NCBI RefSeq assembly: GCF_009914755.1
Contig: NC_060929.1
Length of the DNA: 64,000 bases
From: the human T2T-CHM13v2.0 reference genome, Homo sapiens
Strand: one strand, 5' to 3'
Position 1 is the stretch's first letter, and every line of letters starts with the position of its first letter. Below the pieces are notes generated by a model. That model did no database searches. It saw only the letters and a program-made list of their open reading frames with translations, and had not been told where the DNA came from. Of the stretch, positions 1 through 11,812 are shown piece by piece. The translations under genes were made by a program, and so were the position numbers.

Positions 1-231
1 ATTATTTTAAAAATATGAAACAAATGATATATCACTACAGACACAAAACCATTGCTCTTCATTGTGGTAAATATGAATGTCAAGAATCAACTTTGGCCAC
101 CAATTGGTAATTTTCTCAGGTCTAATAATGTAAGCTCATTTTCCATGTCTGTTCAGATCTGTAATGATTGCAAGTCCTCAAGTTTGTTTCACTCCTCTCT
201 CCAATATCACCCTCTTCTGGAATCAATGCAT

Positions 232-285
232 TTCTTTACTGTTTACTCAGTACGTGTGTTCTTTACTGTTTACTCAGTACGCGCG
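232..285. repeat. 27-bp tandem duplication running into a microsatellite
   Basis: TTCTTTACTGTTTACTCAGTACG at 232-254 and 259-281. Confidence 0.9.
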
Positions 286-422
286 TGTGTGTGTGTGTGT
301 ATACACACATCTATATATATATATCCATTATATGGATATAGATGTGTATGTGTGTGTGTATATATATATATACACATACATATATATACACATATATATA
401 TATATACATATATATATAGAGA
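284..422. repeat. Compound (TG)/(TA)/(CA) microsatellite
   Basis: Seen directly; explains the low-complexity ORFs 52..633 and 164..457. Confidence 0.95.
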
Positions 423-2319
423 GTCCTCTGAGTTCAAGGACGTGCATATTGAGGTGAGCAGTGGAGGTCATTTCAACTTTAGGGAGCACAGAAAATTATT
501 TACAAAAGAATGTTGTTCATGTGTAATCTTTGTTGAAAGGCAAAATACATTATTTTTATTTTACTTAATATGTAAACATCTTTTATATAAAGTTATGGAA
601 ACATTTCACTTTTCTGTAAATAAACTTATCTAAAGAATGGTGGTAAATGGTGAAAAATACCATGCAACTTGAATGTATTCCATGAAATATACTCAGCAAT
701 ACAATTTTGGAATATGTTCCCCACATTGCTAGCTATGCTTGTGATTTCTTCTCTCACTTCAATGTCTTTTCTCCATCCCCCCTTCAGTCTGATGGCTAAT
801 TAGCTGCACTCTCTTTGGCTCATGTGCTATCTCCTCCAGTAATCTATCCCTGACCTCTTCAGACCGAATTAGTCTGCTGTTTCCTGCGATTCCACCATAC
901 TCAGTACAAATCTATCATCCCTTGTAATTGCATTATTTTTTTTCCTGAGTCTGATTTTCCCATGGTTAACGGTTTCTTGAGAGAAATCTTATCTTATTCA
1001 TTTTTGTATCTGCAACACCTCAGTGATTGCAAAATAATCTCCCAGGAAAGGTGTAAAAAAATAAATGAGTGGTATAAACTCTTCCTATTTAAGAAGTAAA
1101 ATTTAGTAGAGACAACCAGGTGCTTCTTAATTAAAATACATCATTTTGGAAACCTAACAAATACTCCCATATTTGCTATTATGACTGATTAAGTGTTCCC
1201 TACAGCGTATACTGATATTCTTTGTATTGAAAGTGATTCTCTTTCACTATTGAAAAAATATCAATTAGATACTAATTAGTCTTGCTCTCTGGTTGTGGAG
1301 GGCTTGAGGTAAATAGGTGTGGAAGAGAATGGGAGCAATAATTAAGTAAACATTTAGGCAGTTCAAACCTTGTGCTCCTTGCAGATAAAAATGCAAATCA
1401 GGTTTGCAATATAACCTCCATACAGACAACCAGGGCAGATGCTAATGAATCTAGCATGTTTGTCATGAGTAGTTCAGTTTTAAAACGATTGATTTCTTTA
1501 CAAAGAGAAGCAGTGAAACATAAACTAAAGTTGCCATGCTGTACCCAATCTGAAAAATTAAACGCTGTTAATGGCCCTTTGTAATACACTGTGAGAATAA
1601 TGATTATGAAAAAGCTCAGCAGTTTTGATGAATCACTCTCGTCTGGCAAGAGGTCCTGACTTATTTGACAGAAGATGCCTTGCATAGATCATTATAGAGA
1701 AGGGAGAGATAGCAGCTATTGTGTTACATAATAGTGTAATAATATAACATTTACAGGGTTTTAAAGTGCAAGTGAGAAATAATAAAAGTGAAGAATTTCA
1801 CAGTTAAGGAGAAAACATACCAGTCTGCCCTTTAGCACAAAGTCACAACCCACAATTAAGGGACTCATGATTCAGGGTAAATAGTGTGGCTGCTTGTTCA
1901 AAGAAACAGTCTGCACCAATTATTCAAGTCTTATAATATTTCTTTTCTTTCTTTTACAGTTAGAAATATGCAAACAGTCTTTATAATGCCAGGATAACAA
2001 CCCTCCTTAAACCTTGTGATTTTATTTTCTACTTAAAAGAAATGTTGGAAAACAATCACCAATCTTGTGAAATGTAAGCACTCTGGCTCAGCTGTCTTGT
2101 ATATCCAAATCTGAGATGCCCCATTTCTTCATGTTCGTTTCCCTTCCTCTCCAATTGCACCCTCTACTGGAATTATTGTCTCCTTGGTTTGCAGCAGTCC
2201 TTAAGAGCTTTTATTTGCATGAGTCAATCTCTCCTTGGAGTTCCTTCTCTTTTCCCTATGTTTAACCAATTCGTAATATATTTTTAAGTCCATCTCAAGT
2301 CTTATAAAAATAACATTTA

Positions 2320-2500
2320 TGTTTTACTGAATGCTGGCTATGTGCCAAAGTTGTCTGACAAGTTTATGTACAGTATATTATTTAATCCTCACAATATCCT
2401 TGAGGAGGTCATAATAATTACAACCACTTCACAGATGAGGAAACTCAGAAAGAAGTTACATAATATCCTCTAGGTCTGATGCCTGGCAAATAGCATCCTT
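2320..2500 (-). mobile_element. MIR SINE fragment
   Basis: TTTAATCCTCACAA...ACAGATGAGGAAACT...GAAGTTA matches the antisense MIR core. Confidence 0.8.
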
Positions 2501-2707
2501 CAAATTCGGCTTTGATGGGCCAACTACAAAAATTCTCCTTTGTGTTCCTTATGAAATTGTTACCATAGACTCAGAATTTAGCTTTTAATTATCTTATTAC
2601 TATTTTCAAATGAATTAATTATGTATCCAAGAGCAGTCTACAAAATGGAAGAACTCATAATTGTATCTTTCTGAACTTCCAGAATATTACAAATGTTTAC
2701 TGAGACG

Positions 2708-3174
2708 TGTTGAACTAAAAGGAAAAAGCTGCAGCATAAAATATCATTTTAAGGAGTTTACTTGAAACAAAGTGAGAACAGATGCTCAGGACACATTTCC
2801 AAATTGCCTAGGGAAGTGATCTATTTGACCTTTGCTCCAAGCAGATTTTTAAAGGCAAAGGAGGACGAAGAGCAGTCTGGTACAAAGTTGATTGACAGGA
2901 GTTCTCATTGGTTTACAGAAAAAAGGATGATTAGTGATTGGGTGTACATTGTTGAACTGTAGGGCCTGAGTTATGATGTCCAGTGCATGGCATTTTATAG
3001 CTACTTAGCACTTCTTAGTCTGGAGCCCACATAGCAAGTAGCTTCAAGAGGTAATTATTTAGCTCCAGGTGGGAGGCAGATGTGACTACTCACATTTTAA
3101 ATGCTTCTCCAAATCTGATAATTTAAAAGGGATTAAATTCCTCAGATTAAAAAAAAAGGCTTCTTTTTTTCTCA
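2708..3174 (-). mobile_element. 3' LTR of the provirus (LTR37-like)
   Basis: TG...CA ends; shares blocks such as CATGGCATTTTAT.GCTACTT, GAGCCCACATAG and AGATGTGACTACT with 15954-16398; purine-rich PPT-like tract adjacent on the minus strand. Confidence 0.8.
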
Positions 3175-3606
3175 TTTTTCTTCCTCAAGTTTCTTTTGAT
3201 CAAAATCTTTCTTCTCGGAAGCATTGATTATCAAAGTTCAAGTGCCAAATTGTCCTTCATTGCTGGAAAGGCTCACTCCTGGATAGTCCTGTCCCACATC
3301 AAGGAAGAAGAGAAGCTATCTCAATTAGGTATTTTTCAAGTGCACCCTAAGGCTGAATTGAGATGGCATCACAGATTAACAAAAATGAGACTCGCTCAAG
3401 TCATTGATTTATATAGCTGCTGTCACTTGAATTATCTCTAGTCTTTGGAATACCATGATTTTAGTTTTCTTGGAAGAAGTAATGCAATGAGCTATCCGTA
3501 GCACCAACAGTTTGAATAGTAGAAATATAATGCAAACATGAATTGCAATTGGAAAGAGACTTTGTAGGCCAGAACAACACAAAGAACCTATCCATTAGGG
3601 AGCCGA

Positions 3607-4235
3607 CTAAAAAATAACATGAAGAAAATTCAATTTTGGTTCTTCTTTAGAGACTTGTAACCAAATGGCTTCTCTTAAATTTTTTCCTAGATGAATTTCT
3701 GCTTCATAAGAAGTATGTATGTATACACAACAAGTATTTCCCACCATACGTATGCCTCCTTGTTTAGCTAATATATAATCTGAGGCAATGTGATTGTCTA
3801 GAGCAACCTTAGCCAGCGAATCAGTAGATTTTTCTTGAGCTGCAGTGGAGGCAGCAGTTTCATCAGCAATATTTCCCGAGCTTACAAAAATATTTCTAAA
3901 TATTGTTCATGCGAAAAAAAAAACACCCCACCAAGGAAAAACTGTTCTTCCAATAAAATTCATGGAGCTATTTTCTTGATGGTCAGGTAGATAATTAACA
4001 GATTTTCCTCGAAATAGAATCTCTGTCTAAAATACATTGGTGGTCGTGTCTACGGAAAAGTTTGAGGAAACCAGTCCACTGTTGAGTTTCTTCAAAGCTA
4101 TACATACAGAGAGTGGTGGCCAAATATCCTAAGAGACAGTGCTATTTATAATTCCATGCCCTTACACATTTATAGACCCATGGATGGTGATCTCCTCCAC
4201 GGGTGAAAATAAGTCCTGATGGAGCACAGGTGAGA
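3607..4235 (-). pseudogene. env: Retroviral env remnant (SU C-terminus and TM ectodomain)
   Basis: Manual translation: CAPSGLIF..PWVYKCV..HCLLGYL; FIGRTVFPWWGV (fusion-peptide-like); SLAKVALDNHIASDYILAKQGGIRMVGNTCCVYIHTS (immunosuppressive domain and CC motif); stops and a poly-T frameshift. Confidence 0.85.
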
Positions 4236-4591
4236 ATATTATATTGGAGTACATAGTTTTGGGGGCATTATTAAACCATGAGTTAGAAACATTAGAGCAA
4301 GGTTAGATTGAGTCCTCATAGCACAAGGGATTGTTTTTCTTTTAATTTTTAACAGCATTATTACTTTTTCTTAACTGTCATTTCTGAGTAAGAACACAAT
4401 CATTTGAAAACAAGATTCGGATGAGTTAAACTGAAACATAGGACAAGCGGGTTGGGATGAGTCAGCCAGATTCAATAAACAGATTCTGCTTTGTATGGCT
4501 TCTAAGTTTTGATATGAGTACAATCAGTAATACTGGTGAAATTTAGAATAGGACATACCAGTGTGTCACTGTGGTTAAAAGTGGTTTATGC

Positions 4592-4909
<318 letters not shown>

Positions 4910-5841
4910 TTATGGTAGCAAACCCAGCATCTTGTCAAAGTTCCAGAAGTTGCAATGGTTTCTAAGAATTATTCCTCGATGTTGTAGTCAGATTTATTAG
5001 GGAAAGCAAAAACCGAAACCTGATTATAGGCATTTGCCTGTGTACATACACGCAAACCATTAATAGGCATTTGTATGTGTATATAACATAATCTGATTGT
5101 AGGCACTTGCTTGTGTATATACCATATGTGTATATACACACAAACCATTGCCATAGTACAAGTATAGTATATATTAAAAGAACTATATATGAGACAATTT
5201 TGCCAAAACCTCCAAGAGAGGATAGCCATAGTGTGTGAAGGAAACCCAAAAAGCATAAATAATTCGAAAATAGGACACCGAATATTTCAGTTGTGGTAGG
5301 CATTACAATTGTGAAGAATTGGTTATACAATCCTGATCCAGTATCCTGGGCAGAGGCAGTCTAATGTAGATGTCAGCTGCTTGCCATTCTGGTCAGGAAG
5401 ACTTCAAGTCAGCTTCAGTTGAAGATCTCCAGTGATGGCAGATGTCCACTCTGGTAGGGCTGCCTTTTTTTTTTTAAATGAGAAAGACGAATTCATGAGT
5501 CAATGCCCTTAAGTTCAGTGACACAGAAATTGGTCAACAATACCTGATATGGTCCCTTCCAATGGGATTGAAGAGAATCTTATTTGATGTCATTTCTAGA
5601 AAACAAAATCTCCAGGTTGTAGGATGTGATTTTTTTTATGGCTTTTTCTACATGGAGCTAGCTGTTCAAGAAATCTTTTATTAATCTGGTGGTGTTCTTA
5701 GTGAGTAGTTTTGTGAGACTTTAGCAATAAAAAAAATGATCACCTTTAAAGAACACAGGTTCATAAGCTTCTTTATCTAGAGACATGGGCCTTCCTATTA
5801 TTCTTTTAAAGAGAGAGAGCTGGTGCTTTCCAAATGGAGTG

Positions 5842-6204
5842 TGTATTAGTCTGTTCTCATGCTGCTAATAAAGACATACTGAAGACTGGGTAATTTATAA
5901 AGGGAAGAGGTTTAATTGACTTACAGTTCCATATGGCTGGGGAGGCCTCACAATCATGATTGAAGGTGAATGAGGAGCAAAGTCACATCTTACATGGCAG
6001 CAGGCAAGAGAGCTTGTATAGGGGAACCCTCCTTTATAAAGCCACCAGATCTCATGGGACTTACTCACTATCATGAGAATAGCACGGGAAAAACCCACTC
6101 CATGATTCAATTACCTTCCACCAGGTCCCTCCCACGACATGAGGGAATTATGGGAGCTACAATTCAAGATGAGATGTGGGGAAGAACATGGCCAAACCAT
6201 ATCG
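5842..6204 (-). mobile_element. THE1 (MaLR) solo LTR, probably THE1B/C
   Basis: TGTATTAGTCTGTTCTCATGCTGCTAATAAAGACATAC...GCCAAACCATATC; ~360 bp. Confidence 0.92.
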
Positions 6205-6294
6205 GGTCAGTCACAGGTTGAAGAGATCCAATGGGAGAAACTTTGGCCAGGTCAGGTTAAGGACTGCTGTTATTTCACTAATCGAATTTTTTGA

Positions 6295-6475
6295 ATCTTT
6301 ATTACACCATTGGTGTTTTCCACCACTCCAGAAGATTAGAGGGGATAGACATAATGGAAATGTTGAAATATAGGCCAAATGTTGTAAATGGATCAAATTA
6401 CCTGACCAGTAAATTGTGTGTTCCTTGGCCACTATGGAAGTCAGATGGAATGCCTCATGAAATAATTGTTTTCCA
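6295..6475 (-). pseudogene. pol: Retroviral integrase core remnant
   Basis: Minus-strand translation GIPSDFHSGQGTH / FTGQVI*SIYNIWPIFQHFHYVYPL*SSGVVENTNGVIK resembles the IN motif SDxGxHFT...HPQSSGxVERxN. Confidence 0.8.
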
Positions 6476-6815
6476 ATAACAACGTACCACCTGCTTGGGT
6501 CATGGCTCATCAGCATGGAATGCTTCACTCCAAGGAGAGAACATAAAAATTAGCACCAGAACTTACCTATAACACTGAGATAGAGGCAGCTGGATAAAGT
6601 TCAACTGCCATATCACAAAGGATCCTAAAGGTAAAAGAAATGTTTCTAGGAAGCATGAAGGGATTTTCCAGGATTATTTTTAGGACAAGCATTACAGCAA
6701 GAATGAACTTTTGAGCAACAGTAGGGGATTGTTTCTAATAATATTGTTTTCCCCATGCTATCATTCTGTCTGTTTTCTAATAAGTCAGCTAGTGAGCAAA
6801 CTTTAAAAGGGATAA

Positions 6816-7532
6816 TTGTTTAAGTTCTTTGTAGATTCTGGATATTAGCGCTTTGTCAGACGGATAGATTGCAAAATTTTTCTCCCATTCTGTAGGTTGC
6901 CTCTTTACTCTGATGATAGTTTATTTTGCTGTGCTGAAGCTCTTTAGTTTAAATAGATCCCATTTGTCAATTTTGGCTTTTGTTGCCGTTGCTTCTGGTG
7001 TTTTAGTCATGAAGTCTTTGCCCATGCCTATGTCCTGTGGTATTTCCTACGTTTTCTTCTAGGGTTTTTATGGTTTTAGGTCTTACATTTAAGTCTCTAA
7101 TCCATCTTGAGTTAATTTTGGAACCAACCCAAATGGCCATCAATGATAGACTAAATAAAGAAAATGTGGCACATATACACTATGAAATATTTTGCAGCCA
7201 AAAAAAGGATGAGTTCATGTCCATTACAGGGACATGGATGAAGCTGGAAACCATCAATCTCAGTAAACTAACACAGGAACAAAAAAACCAAACACCACAA
7301 GTTCTCACTCATAAGTGGGAGTTGAACACATGGACACAGGGAGGGGAACATCACACACCAGGGCCTGTAAGAGGTTGGGGGCCTTGGAGAGGGATAGCAT
7401 TAAGAGAAATACCTAATGTAGATGACGGGTTGATGGGTGCAGCAAACAACCATGGCACGTGTATACCTATGTAACAAACCTGCACGTTCTGCACATGTAT
7501 CCCAGAACTTAAACTATAATAATTATTTTTAA
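6816..7532 (+). mobile_element. 5'-truncated, 5'-inverted L1PA insertion
   Basis: Antisense ORF2 segment 6816-7119 joined to sense 3' end 7119-7532; flanking AAAAGGG(A)TAA at 6805-6815 and 7533-7542. Confidence 0.9.
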
Positions 7533-7854
7533 AAAAGGGTAACTGAAGCCCTGAACGAAGAGCTGTTCTATCATTAGGTCCATAAAATAAGCCTGTTTCT
7601 GTAGAAGACTTCCCTCGTTTACTTTTCAAAGGTCTATTTCCTTCTTTAGAGCTCCTATTTATGCTTCTTTTAATAACATTTTAAATGAATAATAAGTCTG
7701 TAAGGACATTTCAAGACATCTATTTTCTTATGTAACCTTCAGGGCTGCATTGTTAGCTACAATGTCACCAAATTGATTACCCTTGTTCTCTGGAGTATCA
7801 AGTTTTAAATTACCAGGAATTTTGATGATAGCCAGAGATTTTTGTTTTTGGATT

Positions 7855-8288
7855 GTGTTTGAGTTCATTTGTGTTGCTATAAAGTAATATCTGAATTTCA
7901 GTGATTTATTTATTTTAAAAAATAGTTTATTTGGCTCACAATTCTGCTGGCTAGAATGCTGGGCATCTAGTGAGTGCTACAGGCTGCTTCTGCTCAAGGC
8001 AGAAGGCAAACAGGAGCTGGCATGTAGAGAGGTTACATGGTGACAGAGGAAGCAAAAGAGAGATGGGGGAGGTGTCAGGGTTTTGTTGTTGTTGTTGTTG
8101 TTTGTTTTTTAAACAGGTAGCTCTCCTGGGAACTAATAAGAGCAAGAACTTATTACTCCAAGGATGTTATCAAGCCATTCTTGAGGGATTCATGTCCATG
8201 ACACAAACAATTCCCATTAGTGCTTACCTCCAGCATTGGGGATCTAATTTAAACATGAGGTTTGGAGGACAAACATCCAACCTGTAGA
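7855..8288 (-). mobile_element. MST (MSTB-like) MaLR solo LTR
   Basis: GTTGCTATAAAG...TTGGCTCACAATTCTGC...CATGAGGTTTGGAGGACAAACATCCAA. Confidence 0.8.
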
Positions 8289-8752
8289 AGAGAACTTTCA
8301 AGAGGTCAGAGACTTGTTTACCAGCTCTGATGGTTTTACCTGAAGTGGTCAGAAATCCCTGTTGCTCTGAAGCATCCCCAAATTATAGCATGTCTGAAGG
8401 CATGTCTGCCGTCAGTGTAAATATAAGTTATGTTATCTTTTGCCAATTAACAGGCATGAGTTAGGGTGAGCAATACTTTCTGCTGAGATAATTTTATATC
8501 TGGAAAGTATAACATATAGAGTATAATCTATAACCTCAGTTAGAGGCACTATGGTCTAATCAGCCCAATAATTTTCAGATTCATCTTTCAAATAAATCAT
8601 CAGTGAACAAAATTACAAATTACATCAGCATTATCTGTATTTTGTTTTAGGCCCTGTCTATGAGTGATAGTATGGTCAATTAAGGTGATGCAGTTATAAA
8701 TGTAGCATCTCATCAATAAGCAAAGACAAAAGAATGGTTAGAACCATTGACA

Positions 8753-10422
8753 TTTTTTACAGAATTTAAAAAAAACTATTTTAAAATTTATATGGAACCA
8801 AAAAGGAGCCTGAATAGCCAAGAAAGTCCTAATAAACAAACAAAACAGCAACAACAACAGAAAAAACATTCATGCCATCTGACTTCAAACTATGCTGTAA
8901 AGCTGCAGTAGCCAATATAGCATGGTACCAGTACAAGAACATAGGTTTAAACAAACAAACAAAACAAAACAAACAAAAAATCCATACCACCCAACTTCAA
9001 ACTATGCTATAAGGCCACAGTAAGCAATACAGCATGGTACTGGCACAAGAACAGACACATAGACCAAGAGAACAGAACAGAGAACCCAGAGATACGACTG
9101 CACACCTACAACCAACTGATCTTTGACAAATCTGACAAAAACAGCAATGGGGAAAGGATTCCTTATTTAATAAATGGTGCTGGGAGAACTGGCTAGTCAT
9201 ATCCAAAAAAATTAAAACTGGATCCCTTCCTTATACCATATACAAAAATCAACTCAAGATGGATTAAAGATTTAAATGTAAAACCCAAAGGTATAAAAAC
9301 TCCAGAAGAAAATCTACCCAATACCATTGACAACATAGTCATGGGCAAAGATTTCATGACAAAGACACCAAAAGCATTTGCAACAAAAGCAAAAATTGAC
9401 AAATGGGATCTAATTAAACTACAGAGCTTCTGCACAGCAAAAGAAACTATCATCAGAGAGAACAGAAAACCTACACAATGGGAGAAAATTTTTGCAATCT
9501 ATTAATCTGACAAACGTCTAATATCCAGTATCTATAAGGAACTTAAACAAATTTACAAGGAAAAAAAACCATTAAAGAGTGGGCAAAGGACATGAACAGA
9601 CCATTCTCAAAAGAAGATATACATGCAGGCAACAAGCATATGGAAAAAAGCTCAACATCACTGATCTTTAGAGAAATGCAAATCAAATTGCCATGAGATA
9701 CCATCTTATGCCAGTTAGAATGGCGATTATTAAAAAGTCAAGAAACAACAGATGCTGGCAAGGCTGTGGAGAAAAAGGGATGCTTTTACACTGTTGGTGG
9801 GAGTGTAAATTTGTTCAACCATTGCGATAGAAAGTGTAGTGATTCCTCAAAGACCTAGACCAGAAATACCATTCGACCCAGCAATCCCATTACTCGGTAT
9901 ATACCCAATGTAATATAAATCATTCTCCTATAAAGATACATGCATGCATATGTTCACTGAAGCAATTTTCACAATAGCAAAGACATGGAATCAACCCAAA
10001 TGCTCATCAATGATAGACTGGATGAAAAATATGTGGTACATATACACCATGAAATACTATGTAGCCATAAAAATGAATGAGATCATGTCCTTTGCAGGGA
10101 CATGGATGAAGCTGGAAGACATTATCCTTAGCAAACTAATGAAGGAACAGAAAACCAAACACTGCATGTTCTCACTTATAAGTGGGAGCTGAACTGTGAG
10201 AACACATGGGCATATGGTGGGGAATAACACACACTGTGGCCAGTTGGAGGGTTGGGGTGGGAGGAGGAAGAGCATCAGGAAAAATAAATAATGGATGCTA
10301 GGCTTAATACCAAGGTGATGGGTTGATCTGTGCTAAACCACCATGGAATACATTAACCTATGTAACAAACCTGCACATCCTGCATGTGTACCCCTGAAAT
10401 TAAGAGCTGAAAATAAAAACAA
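8753..10422 (+). mobile_element. 5'-truncated older L1PA (ORF2 3' part and 3' UTR)
   Basis: Continuous L1 ORF2 homology; ORF 9944..10192 is the ORF2 C-terminus; 3' UTR ends ACCTATGTAACAAACCTGCACATCCTGCA, then A-rich tail. Confidence 0.93.
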
Positions 10423-11129
10423 AGATTAAGATCATTACATGGGAAAATAGTTATGTTAAGGTGAGGAAAGAAGAACTTCATGGAAAATAAGTCTATTAAC
10501 AGAGTAATGTTGGGTATAATGTGAGTACAGAATGGTTTCCATTGAGTGGGAAACAGATGTGAGATAAGATTTCAAAACTATTTCCTCAACAGTTTTAAAG
10601 TGAGGTGGTAGCAAAGATCACTCTTAAGCAAGGTGGCATTTCTCTAGCAATTACCTCAATTTATTGGCTATAATATACAAACAGTCGATGTCCCAAAGCA
10701 TTTCTCTGATCTTCATAAAAGAACAGGGTAAACAGAAAGCTGTAATTGGGATTCCTTAAGGCGGGGCAGTTGTAAGACTATCCTTGATAATTTGTGTGGT
10801 TTTCAGTCTTTCTGGAATTCAAAAAAGAGGATCACACTGATCCACTTTCGGGAGGGTGATTAAAGCCTGTATTACCAAAAATTAGGTATCCAGTTCTGAC
10901 AGTATCCAGCCAATCCAGATATCTTTGAAATTGCTTTATTGTTGAGGGCTTAGGGAAGGCAGAATGCCTTTATTTCTATCTGGGTTTATGAGCAATCCTT
11001 CCTTAGAAATCAAATGTCCTAATTATTTTATCTCAGCATGGCGAAATTAGAGTTTCTCTCCAGAAAGGCTATGTCCCTTATATGACAATTGTTTTAAGAG
11101 ATCATGTTATCATTCTTACAGGTTTGTGT

Positions 11130-11370
11130 ATTCAGGGAACAAGGGAAAAGATCATACATATATTGGATGAACATATATCTCCCTAAGAAATGTACGTCAG
11201 CCAAGTCAGATTTCAATATTTGAGAAAAATAGGTAGGGCTCTCAGTGCAACCTTGTGGCACAGCCTAGGTGTACTGGTGGTCATCCCAAGTAAAAGCAAA
11301 CAAGTATTAGCTCTCTGAGTCTGCTGGAATACTTAAGAAAATACTGCATAAATCAACCGCAGTAAATATC
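11130..11370 (-). pseudogene. pol: Retroviral reverse transcriptase remnant
   Basis: Manual translation FTAVDLCSIFLSIPADSES*YLFAFTWDDHQYT*AVPQGCTESPTYFSQILKSDLADVHFLGRYMFIQYMYDLFPCS; RT motifs with YxDD decayed to YMYD. Confidence 0.9.
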
Positions 11371-11812
11371 CCACTTTCAGAAAGAATTGCTATCAATAGA
11401 ATACCAATAGAATAGAGGTTTTATACCACTGGATGCTTTGGGCATCCAGTCAGTATCAACAATGTTGTTTATAGGTCTGAAATATTGTACAAAGTTTCAA
11501 CCCCCACATTCTGAGGGAAGGATCTGGGTATTACATGAGTGCAAAGTATAATTATGTCCTTTTTTATATAATATTTTATTATGGGTTTGGTTCCTTCAAT
11601 TGCTTCAGGCCTTAACAAGTATTGACTGATATTGGATAAATGTTTATTTAAGTTTACTTCCACTTGAATGAGGTTTGCTGAATCTATTTTACCATTATCA
11701 GTGAAGGATAAGGATTATAAATAGTCTTGTGAATTTTTAGTAAGTCATCAGTGTAATTTGTTAGTCCAAGTTTAGAAAAAGAAATTGTTGGATCTGTGTT
11801 TATATCCAACAC

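Noticed and set aside
52-633. 193-aa ORF
   Set aside because: Runs through a tandem duplication and a TG/TA microsatellite; low-complexity translation
5020-5150. CRISPR-like array
   Set aside because: Irregular shuffled modules without unique spacers; eukaryotic context with no cas genes
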